Of a stretch of DNA of 64,000 bases, positions 51,045 through 62,840 are shown piece after piece. Source of the DNA: Lama guanicoe (taxonomy: Eukaryota); assembly GCA_013239625.1 (NCBI GenBank), contig MU054391.1:5663824-5727823 (forward strand), written 5' to 3'. Position 1 is the first letter of the stretch, and each line of letters begins with the position of its first letter. Under the pieces are notes generated by a model that had not been told where the DNA came from, ran no database searches, and worked only from the letters and a program-made list of their open reading frames with translations. The translations under genes were made by a program, and so were the position numbers.

Positions 51045-51200
51045 CTTGAAACTCAAAGTGCGGGCCCAGGCCACTGGCAGCTGCATTACCCGGGAGCTAG
51101 TTAGAAACACAGGGGCTTGGCCCCACCCAGACCCGCTGGACCAGGATACACAGTTAACAAGTGCCCGGTGACCAGTCTGCGTGGGGAAGTGGGGGCATTG
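51045..51200. mobile_element. MER5A-like element, GC-shifted
   Basis: actcaaagtgcgggccc..gcagctgcattacccgggagctagttagaaa..ggccccacccagacc. Confidence 0.7.
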
Positions 51201-53994
51201 CTCTACTGCCCTGCACAGAGCCCACCACCCAGCACCCGTCAGCCCTGGAGCCCCCATCCCTGCCCTCCTCCCGGCTCCAGCACTGAGGCTCATTACCACA
51301 CTGCCCTGGAGTCGGAGCCCTGCCGGTCCCCAGTGAAGCCCTTGACTTCCGAACTTGATGCATTATTACTCACCAGCGCAGGGGAGTCTAAGGGCTTTGT
51401 GTTTTTTATCTGCCGTCCCTCTTTGATGTCCCTCTTTGAGCTGCTGGTGCCCTATGTCACTGGTCCGCCCCCTGCCCTGGCTCCTGTGAGGGGCTTGCCG
51501 GGCCCTGGTGAGCAGCACAGAGGGCCCATTCTGGCCCTGGAGGCTTTGGGCAGAACACAGGGGGAGCGAGTGGCAGAAAGAGCAAAGGCTCCGGTCGGGC
51601 TGACCTCTCCCACCACGGCATCCTCTGTGACTCAGTCTCCCCCTCATCACCCAGGGATGATAACATGCAACCCAAAGCACCATCATGAGGATGAGAGAAA
51701 CACTGCCATTTGGTGGAATTCTGGGTGATCCGGATACAGAGTCCATGAGGAATCATTAACAGACAGGGGATCTGAGGCCCAGAAGCACCGTGTCCTGTGC
51801 AAGTTCACGCGGCCAGCTATTAACAGAACCAAGTTTATATGTCGCTTCTTCTGATCTCCTGCCCAGGGCCCTTTCTACAGCTTCTGTTCTTTGCACAGGA
51901 AAATGGAATCAGGTGGTGTCTCAGGAGAAAATGATGTGGATTCTAAGGACCAAAGTCCAGTGTAACTGTTGGTCCCAGGGGAGACCACAGCAAAGATGAC
52001 GAGTGGCCCCATCAGCCACTGCTGGGTCCTGAATGTCCGGGGAGAAAGGGGTGGAGAGTGGTCCTTCTCCTGCTATTGGAGAAATGCAACATGCAGCGAA
52101 AGGGGCCATTGTCCTGAATCTCTGCCTCACAGAAGGATGTACCCTCCCCTCCCTGGACTCTGCCAGACACAAACAGACAGAGGACACACGACACACAATT
52201 TGGCTGTTGTGGCCCCCAGGCCCCAAGGACTGGAGTTGGATGAGCTGGATGAGCTGTTGATGTTTTCACACCTGCGCCTGTATGCGTACACACATACCCC
52301 TGTGCACACGCCTGCCCGGGTGGACGTGCATACCCAGGCACTGTCACTCTGGCCTGTGGGGGCGGGGCAGGTACACGAGTGAGCACTGAGTCTTGGCCTG
52401 AGCAGGTGTGTGGGTGTCTCCTGACCCAAATGGGTGGCCAGTTGCAGGGGACAGGCCTCAGGTTAGCTGAGCACAGTGGCCCTGTGCGGAGGTGGTGAGT
52501 GTTGCCATGGAGATGAGAGCTGGAGGCAGGCTCCATGTGGGCGGCAGAGCACCACAGCTCCAACCACAGATGCACAGATTACAGGGAGGGAGGGTGGGAG
52601 TCTGAGGCTCTGGGAGGCAGGCTCCAGGGGTCAGGTCGGGGGCTGAGGTGATCCAGAATGGCAGGACCAGCTGCACGTGTCGCCAGCTGGGGCACAAGGT
52701 GATGAGCTCGTTAGCAGGCCTGCACAAAGCCGGACTGTGAGGCCTCTGTCCCCTGCTCAGGGCCACCCACCCTTGGCCCTCTTCCCTCACCAGCAATTGT
52801 GCTAAGACCACAGCTGAGGCAAAGCCCACCGGGAGGGCAGGGCAGGGACTTAGCATGGAAGGTAACAACTGGCTTTGAGACAATAGCGATGCAGTGAGGG
52901 ATGTAGCGAGGCAGAAGTGGGCAGAGTCTGACAGGTCTGATATCCATTTCCCGGGCCACCACTTGTGACCTTGGGCAAAGTCACTTGACCTCTCTAATGG
53001 TCTGGTGGTTGCAAGGGCCTAGTGAGCTCTCAGTCCACGTGCTGGACCCTCAGCCAACCCGCCAGTGCCGCACGTGCACAATCAGGCACTTCGTTCCTGC
53101 TTCCTGAAGGGGACGTCTACCCTCTGTTTCTATGTGGGGGAAAGTGAGGTCCAGCCTGACAGGATAGTGGGTGGAGGCTATCCTCCTCACTAGAGAGACC
53201 CAGGGCTCAGATCCTGCCTCCGCCACTCAGCCACCTGTCCTTGGGAAAGCCCCTGGAGCCCTCTGAGCTTCTACCAGCAAAGTCCTTGGTCCCCACTGTT
53301 CCTCGCTGCCCCCAGAGGCTCGGGCAGGACCCTGGGGCAGCGGGTCTGAGGCCTGATACCTGGTACTTCTCAGGTCCCCCAGCTTCTGCCAAGGCCTGTG
53401 AGACCCCCTGACCCCTGGGCCCCGGGGGTGGAGGAGGGGGAGGGAAGAGGTTCCCCATGTCTGCAGGTAGATAGGGCTGGCAGATGGCAGCGCAAAGCCA
53501 GCCTGGGCAGGGGTTGGGAGCCCTACCATTTCCCCTCTCTGGGCTGAGCTTTGCTGTCTGAGGATGGTGAGGCTGGACTCCCCAGTGTTGACAGCCTGAG
53601 GCTGGGGTACCCCTTCCTCGCCCAGGATGGTGTGGGGCGAAGTTGGAGCAGCTTGAAGCAGCTTTAAATAGGGCAGTTGTGAGAAAGCCAGCAGAAGCCC
53701 ACGGAGGGAGAAGGGCTGGCTCTGGGCTCAGAGGCCTGGGGAGGCCAGAGGGGTGCAGGAGGAGGGGGCACCGCCCACTGCACCAACTGGCATCTATTGG
53801 GATTTCTGTGGAAATGTTTGCTCGGGCAAAAAAAAAATCCACTGCCATGGAAACCCAATATCTTCTCTGCCAAGCTGAGTCCCTTGTGGGAGAGCAATCT
53901 CAGGGATGGCAAACTTAGGGGTCTTCCTGGAGCCAGGCCCTGGGGCAACCCACAACCCTCCGCCACGGTGTGAGGGAGCCACATCAGTTCAAAC

Positions 53995-54300
53995 AGTCAC
54001 TCATTCATTCAACAAACATCTCCTGGTCTACATCAGGTACTCAGCTGGGCCCTGGCGACGTGGAAATCCAACTAACATGGTCTCTGAACTCAAGGAGGAC
54101 ACAGTCTGGTGGGGAGACAGGTGTGTAAATGATGATGATTCAGAGGGTAAGGGTTTTCACAGGGAAGTGGGAGAATGCTGTGTAAGTGCGGAGGGAGGAT
54201 GGGAAGGATTCCTGGAGGAGGTGATGACATTTTTGTCGGCCTGGGGCAGGGAGGGAACTCCAGGCAAAGGGAAGAGCAAGTGCAAAGGCAGAGAGAACAG
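53995..54300 (-). mobile_element. L2 3' fragment
   Basis: cactcattcattcaacaaacat..ctcaaggag..cagtctggtggggagacag..ttcctggaggaggtgatg..ccaggcaaaggg..gcaagtgcaaaggc. Confidence 0.8.
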
Positions 54301-55576
54301 GCACGACACCTCCCAGAAGAATCGTCTCACTGAGGGCCTCACTCATACCCAAGGCAAGGCCATGTGCTGCCGCGGTCAGCTCGGGAACCGGGCTGCCTGG
54401 CCTTGAACTCCAGCCATGCTGCAAGCTGGGTGACCTTGAGCAAGGCACTTCCATACTCCACGTCCAATGTCCTCAGCTGTAAAATGGAGATCGTAATGTT
54501 ATCACCTCTGAGGGTTGTTGTGGGATATATCAGTTGGAATGTGTAAACCACTGTGCAGGGCTGGCATGTAGTAATATTATTATTAATAACAGCTCATCCT
54601 CTTCCCACCCACCTGAGCTGCTCAGGGAAGGTCTGATCCTGAGGATCAAGGGTCTGGGGTGAAGAGAGAGGGGGTAAAGAGAACAGACAGGCCTGGCCCC
54701 TGCCTGCCCATCTTACAGAAGAGGACACTGAGGTCCTGGGAGGGTAAACGACTTGCCAGGCCACACAGCAAATTAGTGACAGGGTGCTGGTGGGGTTAAT
54801 GTTCATGAAATGAAAGGCTGTTACGTATCTGACCTGAATAAATAATTTATTTCTGGATTTTAATAATTTAAAAGCCTTCATTTCATCGGTGTCTCATCAA
54901 AAATAGAAACTCTTCTTTTTCATTCTAGATTTCTTTTTAAAGCAGCACACGGGAGCAAGGGCCTTTGAAGAGTTTTGTGGCTGTGGCCGCCTGGACAGGC
55001 TGCAAACACTGAGCGTCTGCTGGACAAGAGGCAAGTTGTCCTCACCTTGAGCCTCCTCCTCCCTTTGCTTCGGTCTGTCCCCACCTGTCCTGGGATCTGC
55101 TGCATGAGGGGACGGGAGCTGCCCAGGAGAGCTGGGCCAGAAGCCAGGGTCCTGGGTGCAGTGGGGAGCTGGTGACGGTCAGCACCCCGCCTCACCATAG
55201 CCACCAGCTCCCCTTCTTCATGGGCACCTGGGGATCATGACTCCTCCTCTGGGAGATGACACACCGCAGGCCCACAGTGTACAGAAATGTTTGCCCCTTG
55301 GAGGCAGGCCTTACAGAAAAGGCAGGGAACCAGGTGGCCGAGGAGCACCGGGGGAGAGGACAGTGGGTGAGAGCAGGCCTACGCTCCTCCTGGGGGAATC
55401 TTGTGGCTTTTCCAGTCTGGACTGACCCCGGGAAACTCAAGCAATCAAGGGCTTTCCCCGCCCACAGCAGCCCCAACCTTGTCCCTTTGTTATTACCTTA
55501 CAAAGCCACAGCTTGCCCAGGACCAGCGTCTTCCAGGGAGACCAGCCAAGGAGACGTCCCAGAACACAGCCCTTGG

Positions 55577-55798
55577 AAGTTTGGAATTAGCAGATACAAA
55601 CTACCATATACTAAATAGATAAACAACAAGGTCCTACTGCAGACACAAGGAACTGTATTCAATAGCTTATAATAACCTATAGTAAAAAAGAACATGGGAA
55701 AGAATATATACATATATTTATGTATAACTGAATCACTATGCTGTTACACCAGAAACTAACACAACATTGTAAATCAACTCTACTTCAATAAAAACAAA
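55577..55798 (+). mobile_element. 5'-truncated L1 3' end with 14-bp TSD
   Basis: TSD AACACAGCCCTTGG at 55563-55576 and 55799-55812. Confidence 0.92.
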
Positions 55799-56789
55799 AA
55801 CACAGCCCTTGGCACGAGCCCAGACAGCCTTGAAGAGGCTGTCAGCTGCCGTCACCGTGTGTTTTCCCGGTCTGCCCAGAGACTGTTCATGACTGGTTCC
55901 CTCCCTGGGGCTTCCCCAAAAGGGTACCCACAACTCAAGGTCTCCTCCCAAACCAGGACGCACCCCAGTCCGGCCCCAGCTCCTCTCCCGCCCTTCCACC
56001 CAGATCCTGCCATTAGCGTCTGCATCTCCGAAGGTCATCACACCCCTAGCTTTGTCCGGCCCGGCCCGGAACCATCACGCTGTTCAGAGCCTTAGTTCCT
56101 CCGGCTTGTGGGGCTGCTTGGGTCTGTTGTTACAATAACCTTTAACATAGCAACCCTCTGGGGAGCTCGGCAGTCTTCAAAGTGCTTTCTATCAGATTAA
56201 CCCTCCTGATCCCAAGCAGTCCTGGCAGGTGAATAGTAATTACCATTATGTAGCTTGCATGAGACCACCGAGCTAGTAAGTTGGCAGAACCAGGGCAGAA
56301 ATCAATCCCCATCTGGAACTCCACACCCTTCCCACCCCCTGCCTCCTCTCTCCTGCGGGACCTGGACAGCCCCAGGGAGGGGTTATGAGCCCACTTTCTA
56401 GGTAGCAAAGTGAAGAAATGAGCCCAAGGTTCTGGAACAGAGGCGTTGGCCTCCATGAGGGCTTGGTGGTCATCTGCCAGGGGGCAAAGCTGTGGTCCTC
56501 CTGCCTCTGTCCAAGAAGCTGCCGCTCAGGCAGTCAGCCTGGCCCCGAGAAGCAGCTTTCCCCATCTGAGGGCATCCCCACACCGAGCACCCACTATTAA
56601 GCACCAGGCCTGATTTTAGACGCTTGGGGTACAGCAGTTAAGTCTTCACGGAATTAACGTTTTTGTGGGGGAGAAAGACAAGGAACAGACGAATGAAAGC
56701 ATAAATAACAGAGCAGGGTGGGAGCACAGAAGGTCATCCACGGGGGTGGGGTGCTCTCTTTTAAACATGGTAGGTACTTAATAAAGGGT

Positions 56790-56940
56790 GAATGGATGGA
56801 TGGATAGATGGATAGATGGATGGACAGAAAGATGAATGGACGGATGGATGGATGGATGGATAAATGAATAGATGTATGGATGGATGGATAAATGAATAAA
56901 TGTATGACTGGATGGATAGATGGATGAATGGATGGATGCA
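56790..56940. repeat. (GGAT/GAAT)n tetranucleotide repeat
   Basis: Read directly. Confidence 0.95.
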
Positions 56941-57545
56941 TGCATGCTGGATCATGTCTCCCCCACCTTTCATACTTAAGAGCAACCACGGTTGTGGCCC
57001 ATTTCATCTTCTTCTCAGAGCAGCTCCCAAAGCCCCCAAGACTGGCCAAGGAGGGCCATGTGGAGTAGAGGTGGGCCTGGCTTCCCTCCCACGCTGCCTC
57101 CTTCTCTTGTTACCATCTCAGAGCAGCCTCCATGTGCAGGGAGATCCTTGTGCACACGGATGCCAGGCAGAGAGGGTCACGCTCAGCCCTGAAAAGAGCC
57201 AGTAGTAGCTGACAGCAGGTAACTGACTGCTAGCGTCCCAGGTTCTGTGACAACTGCTCTCTCTGCTCCCCAGAGAGGGCCTCACAGCGACCTGGCACGG
57301 GAGCCTCACCCCCAGGATCTGACGCGGAGAGGCTGACTGAGGGGAGAGGAGCAAGGACCACTCATGGGGCGGTGGGCCCTCAGAGCCAGTGGGGCCTTTC
57401 CAAGTTTCTTGATGCAGCCTTCTCATTTCTAGATGGAGAAATGGACGCCAGGGAAGGGTGAGGACTGACCAGAGATCACGTAAGGAGTCAGGGATGGAAA
57501 CGGGGTCAAGCCAGGTCCACTAGTCCAGCCCATTTTACCTGCAGG

Positions 57546-57708
57546 AGATTCTCAGCTGTGGCCCCCCCCCCGTGGTCCCAGCCATCCCCCATGTTCCCTG
57601 TCACCTAAATCCACAGGCCACCCTGCAGATTCTCAGCTGTGGCCCCCCCCCCCGTGGTCCCAGCCATCCCCCATGTTCCCTGTCACCTAAATCCACAGGC
57701 CACCCTGC
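57546..57708. repeat. Near-perfect 81/82-bp tandem duplication
   Basis: 57546-57626 and 57627-57708 are identical except C10 versus C11. Confidence 0.95.
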
Positions 57709-60069
57709 TGGTGTCCCATGTGCCTCAGGCTTGTTGTCAACTCTAGTAATAACGGATGCCAAGGGGGTGACTCCTGCTTGTGGTTTTAAGAAAGGTGCAG
57801 ACCCACCCACCACGGCGCTTGTCTCTGGGGGGCTGCTCCGGGGAAAACACAGTCCCGGGGGAGCTGCACCGACAGGGGGCACGAGCAGAGTGGGTGGCGT
57901 GCGTCGGGTCAGGCAGCAGGTCTCTGCTCCCCCCGAAGCTGGGGCTCCACTCCCGCCTCAGCATGCGGGCACCTGGGCTCACACACTCCGTGTTATTCCA
58001 ACCTGCCTACTCCCAGATCTTCCCCCCACATGATCCCCATCTCAGCCACCTCGGAGGAAGATAGACCACCCTCCAACCCCGACACCTGTCTGACCGAATA
58101 GAAAAGACAGAAACACAGCCTTCCCTCAACTCCCAGGAGAAGCCATGGGCCAGGGGTGGGCAGGAACCCAAGGGGCTGATTCAGCACAACATGAATCAGA
58201 GAATTTTAGAGTTTGCTGTGTGAGAGATTCTGTGAATCACCAGATCACAGAACTGTAGAAACAAGGGCATTTCATGTCATGGGATCAAGGAAACATGAAT
58301 TCTCAGAATTACTGAATTCTTGGAATCACTGAATCAGAGACTTCAGGAATCATTTGGACAAAGGATTTCAGGATAAGAGAATGGCTGAGCATGTCACCAC
58401 TCGGGAAAGAGTTGTCTCTGTCCCTGTCTCCTCCCCAGAGGTGTCTCCAAACCTCTAATAGCCCCATCTGGCTTCCCGGCCGTTAGCCTCACCTGCCTTT
58501 CGGCCCCTGCTGCCTACCATCCTGGTGACCTGCCCACTCGTAGCCACAGGGACCACCCCCTCCTGCTAAGAAAACTTGATAAGTTCATTCTTGTCGAGAG
58601 GATGAATCCCCAAGCCTGAGCCTGGCTGCCGAGGCCCCTTATGACAGCTGACACATCCTTTCCTGTCTCCCTGTGGTCCTCCAGAGGGGCCGACATGCTT
58701 AGTGCATCATAAACAAAAATGGGGCACGTAGTCCTGATCTGTATCTATTATTTGTTGTAGACTCCATCTATGGCAGTCCCAAGATGGTTGGCATTCTCAT
58801 GGGGGTAGTCAGGGCTCCTAGAGAGGGTCCCAGGAGGGGGACACGGAAGCTGCTGGTGTCGACCAGCTTCCCTCCTGTGGCGTTCCATTGGCCAAGCAGT
58901 CCCAGTGCACCAGGATTCAAGGGAAGGGGACACAGACCTCAATGAGAGGAATGTCAAAGTGCTCATGGCCATGGCTGGGGAATCACAGATGCAAGCTGCC
59001 CTGGGGACGGGACCTGACCTCCTGGCCACTGGGGACTGAGCACTGCTGCCCTGGGAGGCAGGCAGGAGGATCTAGGCATCCAGGAGCACTTCACGACATG
59101 CTGTTGTGCTGGAACGTCCTCCAGTAATTCTAGTCCGTTTCTGCTTGCTCTGTCAGGGCACATGGACGTCCGTCTGGCTCCTAGGCCCCTGAGGATGGGT
59201 GTGAGAACAGTTTCCAGTTCCCAATCAGCCATTATTGTCCTCAAAGCCTTGCAGTGTGTATACCAGCCCAGGGAAGCACAGAGGACCCCAGAGGTCCAGG
59301 CAGGGTTCTCCACCCATCAGGGCTCTTGGCTGCAAAAACAGAAACCAATTTTGGTCACCTTCAGCAAACCAGGGATTTTGTTTTGTTTTTGCTTTTGCTT
59401 TTTGTGTTGTTATTTTTTAAAGGATGTAGCAGGCTCACAAAATAGACAGGAAGCTGAAAGACAGAGGCAGAAATCAAATGAGCCCCCGGGAGATCAGCCA
59501 GAGGCAGTGGCAACCACCTTGCCAGACTTGGCTGCTGACACATCCTAGGCTCCAGCTCTGGGCCCCAGCATGGTCACCTCCACCACCGCTAATGACAGAG
59601 TCAGGGCCTAGTCCTGCAGCCAGGGGTAGGAGAGGGGGGCTTCTGCCTTCCTGCTTCCAAAATGGGAAGCAAGCAGACATTGGGGCCCACCCAGCCTGGA
59701 TGGAAAGGTGAGTTCAAAACGGAAAACCAAAATAGGACATCTGTCTAGTGCTGGTACCTACTTCAATCTCATGGAGCAAGGATGCCTACAGGGGAGATGC
59801 TGCCTCACCTGTGTTCTGAAAGTGAGGGGAGTCAACCAAGGAAACAAGGTCACAGCACAGTGAACAGGTGAGTGTTCTTGTAAAATGCGGAGCCCAGATG
59901 GTAGATTGGGAGACCAGGAGCAAGCGCCCATCCTTGGCCCACAGTGGGGTCCACAGCTCTCCTCTGGGGTGCAGAACATGTCAGCTTGGCAGTCGGGAAG
60001 TCGGCCTTACTGCCTATTTCAATATGTGTTTCCCCAGAAGGGATCTTTGTGGGTTGCCGCTGGCCCCCA

Positions 60070-60452
60070 AACCTAGAAGCCATCCCTGCTGCCTAGATCA
60101 GAATGGGGTGGTGCTGGCGGGGGTCCCAGCACACCTCCCTGTTCCAGGAGGAAGAAACACTCATATCATCCAAGACGGGGAGTCAAGCCAGAGAGGATTC
60201 TGCACAATCAGACCTTGTGAAGTTAACTGTCCCCCCTGTAGTCTCCCCCCGTATTTTAGTTCCCCTTCCACAATTTCTTCTCTTTGTTCAACCTGGGTTC
60301 TGCCACTTCTTTGGGTCTTTGTTTTCCTGTGGGGGCCACCATGTACATGTAAAAACCTGCATGCTTTTCTCTTGCGAATCTCTTAGGTCAATTTAACCCT
60401 CAGGCCCAGCTGGAGACCTAAGCGGGGAGAGGTCAAGTCTAGCCCACCCCTT
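60070..60452 (+). mobile_element. MER34-family ERV1 LTR (may start near 59886)
   Basis: cttctttgggtctt..atgcttttctcttg..gtcaatttaa..ctcaggcccagc..gagacctaag..agaggtcaag resembles the MER34 3' half. Confidence 0.65.
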
Positions 60453-61879
60453 TCGGGGCACAGCCAGACAGCACGGGGTGCACATGGCATCTGGGAGAGT
60501 CCAGGCGGGGTCTCGGGAGTAGGATGAACCTTGGACTCTGCCTGAGCAGACAAAGAACAGACAAAAACCCTCTAGTCCTAGACGACATGCAGGCCGAGTG
60601 CAGACAGATGAACCAGTTCACCAGCTCTGCCCAGCCAACCTCACTCAGTCAGTCCCCTGCCACAATCCTGTAAACTCCAGGTTTCCAGCCCTTGGTGGAC
60701 CATTGGGAGACAAGGGAAGGGAGTGTGGGGTGCAGGAGAATGGGGTTCCCCGAAGATGACTCAGGCAGCCACAGAATGTAGCTCCATCACTAATAAAGGC
60801 CATGAACAAGCCAGTGCCCATCCGCTGGGGTGATGGTTCCTACGTGGCATGGCTGTCAGCAAGTCAGGCCTGCAGGAACGCCACCTCCCTAAAAGGCAAC
60901 CAAGACTCCAGCCAAGTTCAAGTCCTGTGTTGCCAATAAATCACATGGACTTTGGGCAATCAGCTCTCCTGTTGAGGCTTCAACTTCCTCCTCTGGACAA
61001 TGAGGTGCAGTGGGTTTTCCTACTGATCTGTAACATCCCATTTTTAGGATCTCAGTCTAATAATATTGCTGTTAAAAATAAACTCTTCAAATGGCAAGGT
61101 TGTCCCCATTAACTCCTTATAGAGTATAAAAAGAAAATTAGCCAGGAGAGCACGGAAATCCTGTTTTTAGGGCAAATTTCCTTTGGGTTATAAATAAGTG
61201 GATCTTAGTGGAAGAGAGCCCCGCATGCCGGGTCTGCGAGGCCCAGTGGCTTTGCCTTTCACATGGGCAAACACGCTTCTGGCATAAAGGATGTGATGGG
61301 CCGGGGAGGAGGCAATATTCTTGTTGACAGCTGTTGCCAGGCTGCAAACAGGTAGAAACAGCTGGCTCTTACTCACCTTGGAAATTACCAGGAAGCTGAT
61401 TAAATTTTCTTAGAATTACAGGTGGGGGCCGGGAAGCCTATTTTTCTCCTTAAGCAACTCACAGCTCAAAGCTGGACTGGAAACAAGGGATGTGGTTCTC
61501 ATTTCTGCACCGCCACGCATTTCACAGGGCGACCCAGGGAAGTCACTTCCTCTCTGTTTCCCTGCCTGCAGCGTGAGGGGTTAGCCTAGATCCGTGGTAG
61601 AGTCCCTGGGTTTCAGGGCGCCCCCTCAGGAGGCACTGTGGGTATGAAGCCCACGCTTATCTATTTTTTTCCCCCAGAATGTAGAAATGGATTTGTTTTT
61701 TCACATGTCCCCATCTGGGCATGTCCAAGTTCAATTACAGGTTAAGTAATAGTGAATCTTTTGTTTCAATCAAAAGTACAGTACTTATCCCATCTAATTC
61801 TAGCAGGTCCAATGAAGTGGAAATAATGTATTCATAGTAATTATATTAAAATCATGTGTCTCTGACGAACACTTAGGTA

Positions 61880-62840
61880 CACTTTTATTGAACTTCACTA
61901 AGCATAGGTGTGGCATCAATTCAATAACAGCAATTAAACCAAGAACTGTTGATCAAAATTACTTTTAGGAGAGAAAACAGGCTAATGTCTCTGGACGTGA
62001 GGGGTGGCTGCTGGGAACGTGGAATCATCCCTGCAGGTGACCTGGGTCCCTTAGCCCTCACGGCCTAGCTGGCCTCCTCCGCTGGGGACCTGCGGACTTG
62101 CGGGCCCTGGGCCCCGGCCTCTGCCCGGGGCTGCGTGTGGGGAGCAGGGCGAGGGGGGCTCTATGACTTGTGTCTGGGTCAACCCACTTCTCACTTGTAG
62201 GAAAACCTGGCGACTGCCTTTCTTGAGCTTTCTTCTCAGAGGAGATGAGACAACTTTTGTTCTTTTTTTTTTAATTGAAGCATAGTTGATTTATAATGTG
62301 TTAGTTTCTGGCGTACAGCACAGTGAGTCAGTTACACATATGTATACGTTCTTTCTCATAGTCTTTGTTACTCTAGGTCACTACAAGCTATTGAATACGG
62401 CCCCCTGTGCTCTACGGTGGGACCTGGTTGTGCATCTATTCTGCACGTAGCAGTTTTGATGGAGGGAAGCAGGTGGTTCTTTCCAGCCCGCTCTCCGGGT
62501 CTCCGCCGCCTCCTGCAGGATTTGTGCTCATGATTGCGAGGCTGATGCTTCCATGCACGTTGGGGAGTTTCTTCTCTATTTCCTCCGCCGTGACCTTCCT
62601 GCGAAGTTCCATCACGTGCCCCTGGTGGAGCCCGGGCAGGACATGAGGTCTCAGCTGCAGCTCCTGCATCTCACCTTCCAGCTGTGGGATTTCAGACGGC
62701 AGGCGTGCTCCCTCACCTTGGCGGCTTCTCCTCTGAACTGTCAGAGCTTTGTTCGTCTGCTTTTCTTCATGGAACATCTCCTATTTTCCTTGTTTTCTTC
62801 CTTCAAGGCTTTGGAAGGAGGGCAGCGAGGTGGGCATGCT
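61880..62840 (-). pseudogene. Decayed cTAGE/MIA2-like (CTAGE5 coiled-coil) retrocopy fragment, L1-interrupted
   Basis: SFQSLEGRKQGK*EMFHEEKQTNKALTVQRRSRQGEGARLPSEIPQLEGEMQELQLRPHVLPGLHQGHVMELRRKVTAEE..IEKKL..LERT aligns with recalled CTAGE5 SLKTLEG..LT..Q.E.A.L.SE..LQQKLKVMTELYQENEMKLHRKLTVEE..LERT; TAG at 62781-83; AATAAA at 61884-89. Confidence 0.75.
62263..62458 (-). mobile_element. L1 3' end fragment, strongly GC-shifted
   Basis: Poly(T) then aattgaagcatagttgattt..ttagtttctggcgtacagc; homologous to the copies at 24976 and 55577. Confidence 0.9.

Noticed and set aside
58190..58350. Recurring GAATC/GAATT motifs as an array or CRISPR-like repeat
   Set aside because: Irregular, degenerate low-complexity tract with no constant repeat-spacer structure; eukaryotic context.
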